Source of the DNA: Bacteroidia bacterium
GTDB taxonomy: Bacteria > Bacteroidota > Bacteroidia > NS11-12g > UBA9320
DNA: 64,000 bases
Direction of reading: 5' to 3'
Assembly: GCA_017640445.1 (NCBI GenBank)
Contig: JAEPQQ010000008.1
Location: 2,536 to 66,535 of the forward strand
Positions within the stretch are counted from its first letter, which is position 1; each line of letters opens with the position of its first letter. This document shows positions 28,544 through 37,943 of the stretch, one piece after another. A program made the translations under genes and the position numbers. The notes under the pieces are model-generated. The model was not told the DNA's origin, made no database searches, and saw only the letters and a list, made by a program, of their open reading frames with translations.

Positions 28544-31500
28544 ATGAAACACAATGTTAAGAAACATTTGATGTTGGTTGGCTTATTTACCCTGTTTCTG
28601 TTCGCAGGCGGGGTGAAGTCACTGGCTCAATGCGACCCTGAGTACAAACCAGGCAATGAATGTGTAAACGAAGCCATTCAGTTTACCGCAAATGCACCAG
28701 GGTTTGACACGTACAGTTGGGAGTTTAAGGAAGACCCATCTGGAACCGTGGTTGGAAACTCATCCGACCGTGATCCGCTGTTTGTTTTTACCAAAGCGGG
28801 CGACTATGAGGTAACCCTCGATGCTTCGGGTGTGGCGGGTAATTGTTCCAAAACCATTACCATCACCATCAAACCAAGCCCGATAGCTCGACCAATCCTC
28901 CTAGATTCAAGAGAGCAGTGTTTTAAAGGCAATTCATTTTGCTTTATCGATAGCAGCTCACCGGCACCGGCAAGCTCCATTGTTCGGAGAACCTACTTAT
29001 TCGGAGATGGGTCCAAGTATGACAAGATAAATCCCAAATCAGGGGATACAATCTGTCACACCGTAATTGACCCCAAAGGAGGGTGGTTCAACCTAAAGAT
29101 AGAACTGGAGGATGCAAATGGATGTGTCACTGAGCATTACGTGGACAAGGCAATTCGCGTATTCCCTAAACTAGGCGTAAGTATAAGCAGTAACTCTCCG
29201 GTTAAATGTGATTCAACAATGGCCACTATCACAAATAAAACCTATCTCGATTGGAAGCAGAAGCCCGAAGAATTTATCGGATTAAAGGACATTGCGAAAT
29301 TCGAATTTGACTTTGGCAATGGCAAGATTATCGGAGACTCTGTCACCAATACTTCGTACTGGACAGGTACGGGTCTGGATGGAATTATTGAACGCTGGTA
29401 CTATGAAAATGGGTCGTTCGACGCAACGTTGTCCGTAACATCAAAATTTGGTTGTTCGGAAACCTTCAAGTACAAGTCTGCAGCTACGAATATTAAACTC
29501 AACCCAGTAATCATTGCCGACAATGATTCTACCTGTAACAGCAACCCTGAGACATGTTTTAAACTGAAGGACGGTCCTATTCCAGGTGCAGGTTTTCTCT
29601 GGAACTTTGGTGACCCGGATACAGGTCCGTTGAACGAAGACAACCGTAGCTGGGAGCCATGTCACACCTATAGCGGTGGAGGCCCCTGGATGACATCCAT
29701 TCGCATCGTTTCAGGCCCTTGTGATATAATGGTGTTTGATACAATCTTAAAGGTTGGTCCTGCTTCAACTATAGAAGTAATAGGTTCTCGGATTCCTGAA
29801 GAGGAACGGTATCAATGTACCATCCGTGATTCCGTGCACTTCGTGAACAATTCGAGCTGGTATCACAACGACCCAAATTACTGGGACGAAGACTCTATCA
29901 ACGTGGTATATCGTCAATCGTTTAAAGTGGTTACCCACCCGGTAACACAAAAGGACAGCATCCATGTTTTCAGAAACGACATTCGCACCGCTTCAAACAG
30001 CGATACGCTATACGAAATCAGGGCATTAACCGATGTGTTAAACATCAATGACAGCAAGGTGTGGTTTGATGCCAGTTTAGACTCGTTTGTAGTAGTGAAT
30101 AGCTCGAATGATACGGTACGATTCGGCAAAGGTTTAGGTGGAGTGCAGGGAAAACGGCTGTTTGTGTTCAATTTTGATCCAACTACTCGTACAGGAGATC
30201 AAACCATACTCGAGAACAATCCTCAGGTTCGCAGAAAGGACCATGTTTACAGACTTTGGTCGTTAGGCGATCAGTACGCACCACAATGTACTACCGACAC
30301 CAGGGCAAACAAGAACATTGGTTTGAACTGTAACTTTAGTAATGATACAATTCCAACTCACTGGTATCCACCATGGGATGAAATCTACAAGTACCAGGAC
30401 AATGGCCAGTTTTACCGAACACCTGCAAGACGAACGTTGTTTAGCAAAAATGCAAGACAGTGTTACCAGGTTCAGGTGTATCCGGCAGACACCGTACGCG
30501 TGCCAATGGAAGTGGTGTTGTTTGTTCCCTGGGATACGGCAAAGACCTTCGAAATAAATTACGTCGACTCTTTTGGAGTTTCCAAAGTCGATACGGTAAA
30601 GATTCAAGCAGCGACCACCTACCCGGAAGCACAAATAAGAGATAACTACAGGCTTAAAATCTGGCGACCTCAATCTGTTTACAAAGGCCGTGTGATCAGT
30701 ACTGTTATTTGGGAAGACCACGACTATTACGTACCAGCCGGTGTTACGGTTAAAGTAAAGAACCTTCAAAACGGTACGTATCGTTCCATTAAAGGCCCGA
30801 AACGCACTGTAATCAATAAAGATGAACAGTTTGAAATAGAAGAAGGTGACTCAATCATTTCGATAGCAGAGATGATTGTGAATCCAGCACAGGAAGTAAT
30901 TGCCACACCAAGTACGGTTGTAGTTGATACCGTTATCAATGGAAAGCCTACCTCTGTTTCCAGGCAGGTGGTTATTGTGGACCCGGAGTATCACAGAAGC
31001 AGTTTCTATCGAAACGTTGCGCAGTGTAACTCGGTTACCTTGTTTCATAAAGACACCGTGCACCCGCTGTTATGCGAAAGCACTAACACAGTTTCTCTTG
31101 CTTTGGTGCCACCAAGCGCCAGGGGGCTCGAATGGACTTCCGGTATTCCGTGTCCGTTGGATGGTAATAAACTGCAGTACTACTTACAGTTTGACCTGAG
31201 TAACACCAAACCTGGTTGTACCCAGCAATGGTTTGAGGTGAACTACGATTCACTAACTGGACCGGATAACTGGCGTTCAACCAAAAGTGGAGATGTACTT
31301 TACCCTCCAGCACCCGGAAACAATCAGGTATACATTTCCAGTTACCAAACCATCGGACAATGGGGTAATCTGTTTGTGAAAGGATATACACCCGGTGAAG
31401 TTGGAAGCGATCCAAGTAAGCGACCCAATGGTTCATTTACATTAGGTTTGGTAGTGGGTAACGGACCTCCGCGACGTAACCCCAATGGCGACTTTATTGC

Positions 31501-34243
31501 CCCCGAATGTACGGATACCGCTTGGTACACCGATATGTTCCGTTATCAGTTTCTGGACGCCAACTTCGATATTTTGGTACCACAAGGAACACAACGGAGT
31601 ATGTGTGCGGGAGAAACAGCGTACTTCCGATTGGTGAATCCGTTACAGGATAGTATGGCCGCTCTCCGATGGAATTGGGGATACCCAGACCGACTCTCGG
31701 GTTACTATGAAGAGTTTGCTTATTTCAGAGACTATAAGGGCCCTGTAAAAGGAAGAAACGACCAAAACGTTGACTGGAAGTCTGGCGACAAATGGAAGTA
31801 CAATTATGTCATTCGTCATTCACTCGAAGAGCTCTTTGGGGACGAAACCTTAGATACCGTTGTGACGCGGATTTATCGTGAATGGACAACCGAGGTAAAC
31901 ACAGATCAGGCCGACGAACTCATTACCGATATTCTTGAGCAACTTGGTCTTGATAAGCATGATGTAACACCCGAACAGTTAGCCCTCATGTTAGGTGATG
32001 GTAGCTCGGGTTGTATCGATACAACGGGCATTAGTCAATATTTCCAAATTGGTTGGAAAGGATTGGATGAGAACGTGGTGGAACATGGAAAGTACAAGTA
32101 CAAATACATCGATGAAACGCGCAAGGATTCAATGATTGTTGAGGAAGTACTTCACTTCCGGGATACTTCCATGCAAGGTTATGATACTCTGATTGCGCCT
32201 TACGACCTGGTGGCCGACGGAGCCGATACAACATTTAAGGCCGGATCGGTTATTCCTGGTGTATACAAGTTTACCTACCGCCACCCCGAGGTGCGATTAA
32301 ACTTCTGCGACCCCACTAAGAAAGATACGTTCTGGGTTAATTCCAGTGGTCCTATGGTGCCTGGCCTTTTCTTGAACAATCGCGTTGGATGTGAAAAGTC
32401 AGGTGCAAAGCTGCTGAACGTGGGTAACTTTAATCATGTAGAACTTGTGAATGATGCGGTGTGTAAAAACGACGTGCATCAGCTCTTTGATAGTATTCGC
32501 TACTGGCAGTATGGCGACGATCAGTGGCCATTGTCATACCCGCTGGATCCTACCAAATATTGGGAAGACCCTGTTCGGTATGCCCAAAGCGATAAGGAAA
32601 CCAAGGCTGTTGACTGGGATTATGACGACGGAGTTGACGATTTTAACCGATCCATTTCCTTCGTACATCAATATGATAAGCCCGGTGAGTATAAAATCGC
32701 ACTGGCAACAAAGGATAGCATGGGCTGTAGAGATACAACATTTGTTACCGCATTTGTAACAGGCGCCAAAGCCAACTTTGAAACCAACCTGAGCACCGGA
32801 GGCGATTTGTGTGATGGTATTGTCTCATTCTTCGATTCGTCCATCGTATTTGATCCTTGTCGAGGAAGAGATACCTGCCCGAACGGTCAATATGAGGCCT
32901 GTGATAGTACAATCTGGTATGAATGGGATTTTGGAGATGGTTCAACACGTAGTGTGTTAAAGAATCCTTCACACGATTATACATCAAGTGGTTGGTTCAA
33001 TGTAAAGCTAAAGATCACCACACTCCTTGGCTGTTCGGATTCTGTTGAGAAGCGAATATTTGTTGCTGGCCCACAACCTCGCTTTGAGTTTGCCGGAGGA
33101 AGTATTTGGGGTGAGGATTCTGTCGTGATTTGTGTAGGCGATTCGGTCCATCTGCAAAACACCAGTATTGATCCGATATACGATCCAAACTGGGTGGTTT
33201 ATTGGGGAGATTCAGCAAACTCGCAATCTTCCTCTACCAACATTTTAACCATCTTTAGTCACCGGTACAACAAGGAGGGAACCTACTACCTGAACATGTT
33301 TATGGAAGACGAAGTAGAGGCGGGGAAACCGCCCTGTACACGTGTTTTCCCTGATACAAGTACCAAAGACGGTAAGATTCCAAGGAAGATTAAGGTAATT
33401 GTAAGACCTGTTGCACCTGCGGGGCTGGAGATTTCAGATACGGTAGTTTGTCCAGATCAACTCGTTACATTTACGAGTAATTCAGACGATATTTACACGT
33501 ATTATCACTTCAGTTTTGGAAACGGTGATACCGCAGTACAGATCGAACCAACAAACTTTACATCATACAGTTACAATACACCTGGTACGTACAATGTGAA
33601 GCTAATTCCAAACTACGATCTCGACCCAGGTGATTTTGGCCCAAAGTGTATCGACACGGCATTCGGAAGTGTAACAGTAGTTGATGTGGCCGCAGGGTTT
33701 GATGTTTTGGATAAGGATAAACCAGAATTCTGTTTTGTTAATACCTCACAGGGAGCCAAGAATTTCGAATGGTTGATCGAGTCAGAGACACGTGATACTG
33801 TTCGAGAATATACCACTGGTAAGGACGAACAAATATGTTACAACTGGGGAGAGACTATTGGAACCTTCTACGTGTGTTTGGTAGCCACCAACGACATTGG
33901 TTGCGCGGATACGGTATGTAAACCCATTGAGAATGATTTCAGAGTCTTGTTTACGCCGTATAACGTGTTTACACCTAATGCCGATGGAGATGACGGGCTG
34001 AATGACAAGTTTATCATCGACATTGAAGGTTGGGAAGAGTTCAATATTGACATCTACAACCGTTGGGGAGAACTGGTTTTCAAAACCGAAGATCCTGCCA
34101 ATAGCTGGGATGGAACCATAATGAATAAAGGAACAGAATGTCCTGGTGGAACCTATTTCTACGTGATTAATTACAAGTTGAAAAACCGCGAGGTTAATGA
34201 TGGCCTTGGAGCCGTAAGTGGCACCGTAACATTGATTCGGTAG
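28544..34243 (+). CDS. Large PKD-domain surface protein with gliding-motility-associated (T9SS type B / CHU_C) CTD
   Basis: Signal peptide. Multiple PKD motifs (WNFGD, WDFGDG...NPSHDY...G.FNVKL...GC.D). C-terminal PYNVFTPNADGDDGLNDKF...IYNRWGELVF...WDG...GTYFYVI...GTVTLIR. Confidence 0.88.
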   Translation: MKHNVKKHLMLVGLFTLFLFAGGVKSLAQCDPEYKPGNECVNEAIQFTANAPGFDTYSWEFKEDPSGTVVGNSSDRDPLFVFTKAGDYEVTLDASGVAGNCSKTITITIKPSPIARPILLDSREQCFKGNSFCFIDSSSPAPASSIVRRTYLFGDGSKYDKINPKSGDTICHTVIDPKGGWFNLKIELEDANGCVTEHYVDKAIRVFPKLGVSISSNSPVKCDSTMATITNKTYLDWKQKPEEFIGLKDIAKFEFDFGNGKIIGDSVTNTSYWTGTGLDGIIERWYYENGSFDATLSVTSKFGCSETFKYKSAATNIKLNPVIIADNDSTCNSNPETCFKLKDGPIPGAGFLWNFGDPDTGPLNEDNRSWEPCHTYSGGGPWMTSIRIVSGPCDIMVFDTILKVGPASTIEVIGSRIPEEERYQCTIRDSVHFVNNSSWYHNDPNYWDEDSINVVYRQSFKVVTHPVTQKDSIHVFRNDIRTASNSDTLYEIRALTDVLNINDSKVWFDASLDSFVVVNSSNDTVRFGKGLGGVQGKRLFVFNFDPTTRTGDQTILENNPQVRRKDHVYRLWSLGDQYAPQCTTDTRANKNIGLNCNFSNDTIPTHWYPPWDEIYKYQDNGQFYRTPARRTLFSKNARQCYQVQVYPADTVRVPMEVVLFVPWDTAKTFEINYVDSFGVSKVDTVKIQAATTYPEAQIRDNYRLKIWRPQSVYKGRVISTVIWEDHDYYVPAGVTVKVKNLQNGTYRSIKGPKRTVINKDEQFEIEEGDSIISIAEMIVNPAQEVIATPSTVVVDTVINGKPTSVSRQVVIVDPEYHRSSFYRNVAQCNSVTLFHKDTVHPLLCESTNTVSLALVPPSARGLEWTSGIPCPLDGNKLQYYLQFDLSNTKPGCTQQWFEVNYDSLTGPDNWRSTKSGDVLYPPAPGNNQVYISSYQTIGQWGNLFVKGYTPGEVGSDPSKRPNGSFTLGLVVGNGPPRRNPNGDFIAPECTDTAWYTDMFRYQFLDANFDILVPQGTQRSMCAGETAYFRLVNPLQDSMAALRWNWGYPDRLSGYYEEFAYFRDYKGPVKGRNDQNVDWKSGDKWKYNYVIRHSLEELFGDETLDTVVTRIYREWTTEVNTDQADELITDILEQLGLDKHDVTPEQLALMLGDGSSGCIDTTGISQYFQIGWKGLDENVVEHGKYKYKYIDETRKDSMIVEEVLHFRDTSMQGYDTLIAPYDLVADGADTTFKAGSVIPGVYKFTYRHPEVRLNFCDPTKKDTFWVNSSGPMVPGLFLNNRVGCEKSGAKLLNVGNFNHVELVNDAVCKNDVHQLFDSIRYWQYGDDQWPLSYPLDPTKYWEDPVRYAQSDKETKAVDWDYDDGVDDFNRSISFVHQYDKPGEYKIALATKDSMGCRDTTFVTAFVTGAKANFETNLSTGGDLCDGIVSFFDSSIVFDPCRGRDTCPNGQYEACDSTIWYEWDFGDGSTRSVLKNPSHDYTSSGWFNVKLKITTLLGCSDSVEKRIFVAGPQPRFEFAGGSIWGEDSVVICVGDSVHLQNTSIDPIYDPNWVVYWGDSANSQSSSTNILTIFSHRYNKEGTYYLNMFMEDEVEAGKPPCTRVFPDTSTKDGKIPRKIKVIVRPVAPAGLEISDTVVCPDQLVTFTSNSDDIYTYYHFSFGNGDTAVQIEPTNFTSYSYNTPGTYNVKLIPNYDLDPGDFGPKCIDTAFGSVTVVDVAAGFDVLDKDKPEFCFVNTSQGAKNFEWLIESETRDTVREYTTGKDEQICYNWGETIGTFYVCLVATNDIGCADTVCKPIENDFRVLFTPYNVFTPNADGDDGLNDKFIIDIEGWEEFNIDIYNRWGELVFKTEDPANSWDGTIMNKGTECPGGTYFYVINYKLKNREVNDGLGAVSGTVTLIR

Positions 34244-34265
34244 TAGTATAGGTATAGATAAATGT

Positions 34266-34301
34266 CGACAAAAGCGCTGTATTGCAGCGCTTTTGTCGTT
34301 T
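34266..34301 (+). terminator. Intrinsic terminator
   Basis: CGACAAAAGCGCTG-TATTG-CAGCGCTTTTGTCG, a perfect 14-bp stem. Confidence 0.8.
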
Positions 34302-34383
34302 AGAGATAGTTCATGTAAGGAACAATAGCCGGTCCGGTGGACTATGTCAAATCAAAGTAAGAACTAAATGGAAGAAGAACTGC

Positions 34384-34409
34384 TAATCACAAACCTAACG
34401 TTTGATCAC
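34384..34409 (+). promoter_or_regulatory. Putative LytTR direct-repeat operator
   Basis: TAATCAC (34384) and TGATCAC (34403), 19-bp period, about 70 bp before the start. Confidence 0.45.
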
Positions 34410-34477
34410 TCTGCCAGCCCATGTTCTCACTTTTTGGAATGTCTTTCACCAAATACGAATAATCTAAAAGTGTATAT

Positions 34478-37282
34478 ATGAAGCGAGTTCTAATGGTAGT
34501 GTATGTCTGTCTTAGCTGTCTTGTGGTTCAAGGCCAGGTAGTTGATTTGGACTGGGTACGTAGTTTTGGAGGTTCTAACGGCGAACAAAGTAAGTCCGTT
34601 ACAGATGCCAACGGTAATGTTTATACAGTTGGAGAGTTTCGCCAAACAGTGGATTTCGATCCGGGAAGCGGTAAGGCAGAACGTACGTCTAAGGGGCAGA
34701 ACGACGTTTTCTTGCTGAAGATAGATAGTGCTGGAAACTTCGACTGGGTGGTCACCTATGGAGGTACAAGTTACGACGCTGGCGCGGCTGTAGCGCTGGA
34801 CAGTATGGGAAGCATATATGTAATTGGTTTTTTCTATGGTACCACAGACCTTGATCCAGGGTCAGCTACTACTACGGTAACCTCAAAGGGTAAATCAGAC
34901 ATCTTCGTTCAACGATTTGATCTGTTCGGAAATCTCAAATGGGCTTTTGGTTTAGGAGGGGCGGAGGCAGAGTATCCGGGTACTGTAACCGTTGACCATA
35001 GAGGCCATGTATTGATCACCGGAGCCTACGAAGGTTCGGTGGATTTTGAACCTGGTTCAGGTACAACAACACTTAAGTCAGTCGGTGGCACCGACCTGTT
35101 TATGCAAAAGCTGGATACGGCAGGGAAGCTGGTTTGGGCGAAGTCGGTTGGTGGCAGTAGAGATGAAACTGTGATACTGGCTCAACCGGATAGTCAATCA
35201 AACGTCCTTTTTGCCGCTGGATATTTTGGTAGCGCAGATTTTGATCCAGGGTCAAAAACAAAAACACTTACTTCCCAGGGGTTGCAAGATGTTGCCGTAG
35301 GGAAATTGGATTCCAAAGGCGATCTGGTGTGGGTAGAGACCTTTGGCTCCTCGGGACACGAGATGTTAAGGGGCTTGGCACTGGATCTTGAGGGGAATGC
35401 CTATGTAACAGGAGGTTTTAGAGGTAGTGTAGACTTTGATCCAGGGTCGGGAAGCCTTACACTTTCCTCCAACGGCAAGGTAGATATATACGTGAATAAG
35501 TTTCTAGGGAATGGTAAACATTCAACAGCTTTTTCAATTGGAGGGAAAGAAGATGATCATGCTTATGGAATTACTGTAGATGACAAAAAGGCTATCTATA
35601 TCACTGGAAGCTTTGAGTCCACGGTCGATTTTGACCCTGGTAAAGGCAATCAAACACATACTTCAAATGGCTCCTCCGATTTTTATGTTGAGAAGTTTGA
35701 CAGCACAGGAGCATTTAAATGGGTCGTAACAGGAGGAAGTTCGGGGTTAGATCAGGGGATTTCTCTTGCATGCGGTCCGTTTAATTCGATATTAGTTAAC
35801 GGCAGGTTTACCGGCAAAGTTGACTTTGACCCAAGTTCAAACGTGGTTAATCTCTCTTCCAATGGAGCATACGATGTATTCCTTCAGAAACTAAACCAGT
35901 GTGAAGACAGATTCAAAATTGATACAGTGGTTACGTGTGATAGTTATAAATGGATCAATGGAATTACCTATTACAAGAACAACTATACAGCAAAACACAT
36001 ATTAAAAACGTCACAAGGATGTGATTCGGTAATTACGCTGAACCTTACGCTAAACAACTTGGGAGAAGAGAAGATCACGGCCTGCGATTCCTTTACCTGG
36101 ATCGATGGAAAAACATACAAAAAATCTACGACAAGCCCACAGCATACACTTACCAATTCGTTCGGCTGCGATTCGTTGGTGACGTTACATTTGGATCTTG
36201 GTTACGCAGACCATGTGACCGAATCGATTTCTGCCTGTGGTTCGTATACCTGGATCGACGGAAAAACATATAGTTCAAGCAGCCAGGCCGTTTACACATT
36301 GACCAATGCCAAAGGCTGTGATTCGGTAATTACACTCGACCTGTTTGTCGGCCAACAAAACACTGCCATTGATAAAGTTCAGGCCTGCGGAAATTCGTAT
36401 ACGTGGATCAATGGAAAGCAATATACAAGCAACTCGTATGGCGATACCGTTATACGCGTAAACGCAAGTGGTTGCGATTCCGTTATTACACTCGATTTAA
36501 CCCTGGGAGTCATAACACGAGGAGACCAGGTTGTTTCAGCCTGCGATAGCTTTACTTGGACCAATGGCATAACCTACAAGTCGAGTAACTACTCGGACAA
36601 AGACACGTTGGTAAGTTCGTATGGTTGCGATTCCATTTTAAGGATTCAGTTGACATTGGGTTATTCTTCTCAGTCAACAGATGAAATTGAAGCCTGCGCC
36701 CCCATAACCTGGATTGACGGAAAAATCTACTCCCAAAATAACAACTCGGCTGTTTACACCCTAACCAATACACTCGGGTGTGATTCGGTTGTAACGTTGG
36801 ATTATACACTTAAAACGGTTGATGTAAGCTTGACGGTTACAGACACCAGCCTGAAATCAGACAATTCAAATGCCTATAGCTTTAAGTGGCTCAATTGTGG
36901 CAACAATTTTGCCCAGATACCCAACGAAACATCTAACCTCTTTATAGCGCAGGAGTCAGGCAGTTATTCGGTGGAGATTGAAGAAGAAGGATGCCTGGAT
37001 ACGTCCGAGTGTGTCACTCTAACGGGGTTATCGGTGGATAACATCGATCAGTTCCCGTTGCAGGTGTTCCCAAACCCAACCAAGGGTTTGATCAATATAG
37101 AAATGAGTCAGATGTTGGGTGAAAAGCACATTCTGGTTGTCAATGCACAAGGGCAATTGGTTTATGAAGAGGCAACTTCTGAGAATCGGCACGTGGTTAA
37201 CCTAAACCAACCATCAGGTGTATATATCCTGTCTGTCCTGAGTGAAAACAGACTTCACCGTAAGGAATTAATCATTGACTAA
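34478..37282 (+). CDS. SBBP-like DFDPG-repeat beta-propeller protein with Cys-repeat stalk and T9SS type A CTD
   Basis: Seven ~64-aa repeats containing D(F/L)(D/E)P(G/S)..., about six C..Y/FTW.DG.TY...GCDS repeats, and C-terminal VFPNPT...NAQGQLV...GVYIL. Confidence 0.85.
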   Translation: MKRVLMVVYVCLSCLVVQGQVVDLDWVRSFGGSNGEQSKSVTDANGNVYTVGEFRQTVDFDPGSGKAERTSKGQNDVFLLKIDSAGNFDWVVTYGGTSYDAGAAVALDSMGSIYVIGFFYGTTDLDPGSATTTVTSKGKSDIFVQRFDLFGNLKWAFGLGGAEAEYPGTVTVDHRGHVLITGAYEGSVDFEPGSGTTTLKSVGGTDLFMQKLDTAGKLVWAKSVGGSRDETVILAQPDSQSNVLFAAGYFGSADFDPGSKTKTLTSQGLQDVAVGKLDSKGDLVWVETFGSSGHEMLRGLALDLEGNAYVTGGFRGSVDFDPGSGSLTLSSNGKVDIYVNKFLGNGKHSTAFSIGGKEDDHAYGITVDDKKAIYITGSFESTVDFDPGKGNQTHTSNGSSDFYVEKFDSTGAFKWVVTGGSSGLDQGISLACGPFNSILVNGRFTGKVDFDPSSNVVNLSSNGAYDVFLQKLNQCEDRFKIDTVVTCDSYKWINGITYYKNNYTAKHILKTSQGCDSVITLNLTLNNLGEEKITACDSFTWIDGKTYKKSTTSPQHTLTNSFGCDSLVTLHLDLGYADHVTESISACGSYTWIDGKTYSSSSQAVYTLTNAKGCDSVITLDLFVGQQNTAIDKVQACGNSYTWINGKQYTSNSYGDTVIRVNASGCDSVITLDLTLGVITRGDQVVSACDSFTWTNGITYKSSNYSDKDTLVSSYGCDSILRIQLTLGYSSQSTDEIEACAPITWIDGKIYSQNNNSAVYTLTNTLGCDSVVTLDYTLKTVDVSLTVTDTSLKSDNSNAYSFKWLNCGNNFAQIPNETSNLFIAQESGSYSVEIEEEGCLDTSECVTLTGLSVDNIDQFPLQVFPNPTKGLINIEMSQMLGEKHILVVNAQGQLVYEEATSENRHVVNLNQPSGVYILSVLSENRLHRKELIID
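35920..36810 (+). repeat. About 6 tandem ~50-aa Cys-pair repeats, same family as 14850-15580
   Basis: TCDSYKWING...GCDSVI, ACDSFTWIDG...GCDSLV, ACGSYTWIDG...GCDSVI, ACGNSYTWING...GCDSVI, ACDSFTWTNG...GCDSIL, ACAPITWIDG...GCDSVV. Confidence 0.85.
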
Positions 37283-37766
37283 GAGCCTAAAAATAGTTGT
37301 TGCGGTGGTTTTAGTGTGCTTGTTGGTGTTCTGCTCTCCGGAGGAAGTGGAAGAGCCCCCTAAAGCCGAAACGAAAGCGGAATTGCTGTCATCGGCAGTG
37401 TGGATGGTAGCATCTGTAGAGATTCAACCAGCGGTTGAAATTGATGGTAAGCAAACCACAGATTATTATTCCATTTTTATTCCTTGTTTGAAAGATGATC
37501 TAACCAAATACAACCGGGATGGAACGGGTTACTATGATGTGGGTGATGCAAAATGCGAGCCGGATGAACCTCAACAAGAATCGTTCACATGGTGGTTCGA
37601 AAACGACAAAACCCGTCTGGTTCAGGGAGATGGATTTGAGTTTGTTCTTGAACATTTGGATGAGAACAAACTGACGCTGTCAGAAAAACTAAGTGGGTCG
37701 GAAGTGGTAGGTGGAGATGCAAACAAAATTTATACCATCACTGCCATACATCTTCACCCGAAGTAA
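37275..37766 (+). CDS. Putative lipoprotein (lipocalin-like fold)
   Basis: TTG start overlapping the upstream stop. Hydrophobic signal ending in Cys followed by acidic residues. TKAELL...W...CLKDD...G..KC pattern. Confidence 0.6.
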   Translation: MTKSLKIVVAVVLVCLLVFCSPEEVEEPPKAETKAELLSSAVWMVASVEIQPAVEIDGKQTTDYYSIFIPCLKDDLTKYNRDGTGYYDVGDAKCEPDEPQQESFTWWFENDKTRLVQGDGFEFVLEHLDENKLTLSEKLSGSEVVGGDANKIYTITAIHLHPK

Positions 37767-37860
37767 ATGCCGGCAGACCAAGTTGATTTTCGATTTAACT
37801 ATGTCAGTTACAGATCAGTAGAGCTTCGTTTTTAAGTAAGAAGTGCAGGACGGTTCCGGC

Positions 37861-37889
37861 TTTATCACAAAACACGAGTCTTCATCACA
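37861..37889 (+). promoter_or_regulatory. Putative LytTR direct-repeat operator
   Basis: TTTATCACA (37861) and TTCATCACA (37881), 20-bp period. Confidence 0.5.
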
Positions 37890-37943
37890 TTTTAACGTGT
37901 GACAGGTCCACCTCGTTCTAAGTTTGATCAAAAAAACGAGCAT

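Noticed and set aside
35920-36810. Periodic DNA similarity (tgtgattcg / acctggat) resembling a CRISPR array or DGR repeat
   Set aside because: It is an in-frame protein repeat with synonymous divergence. No cas genes or reverse transcriptase are present.
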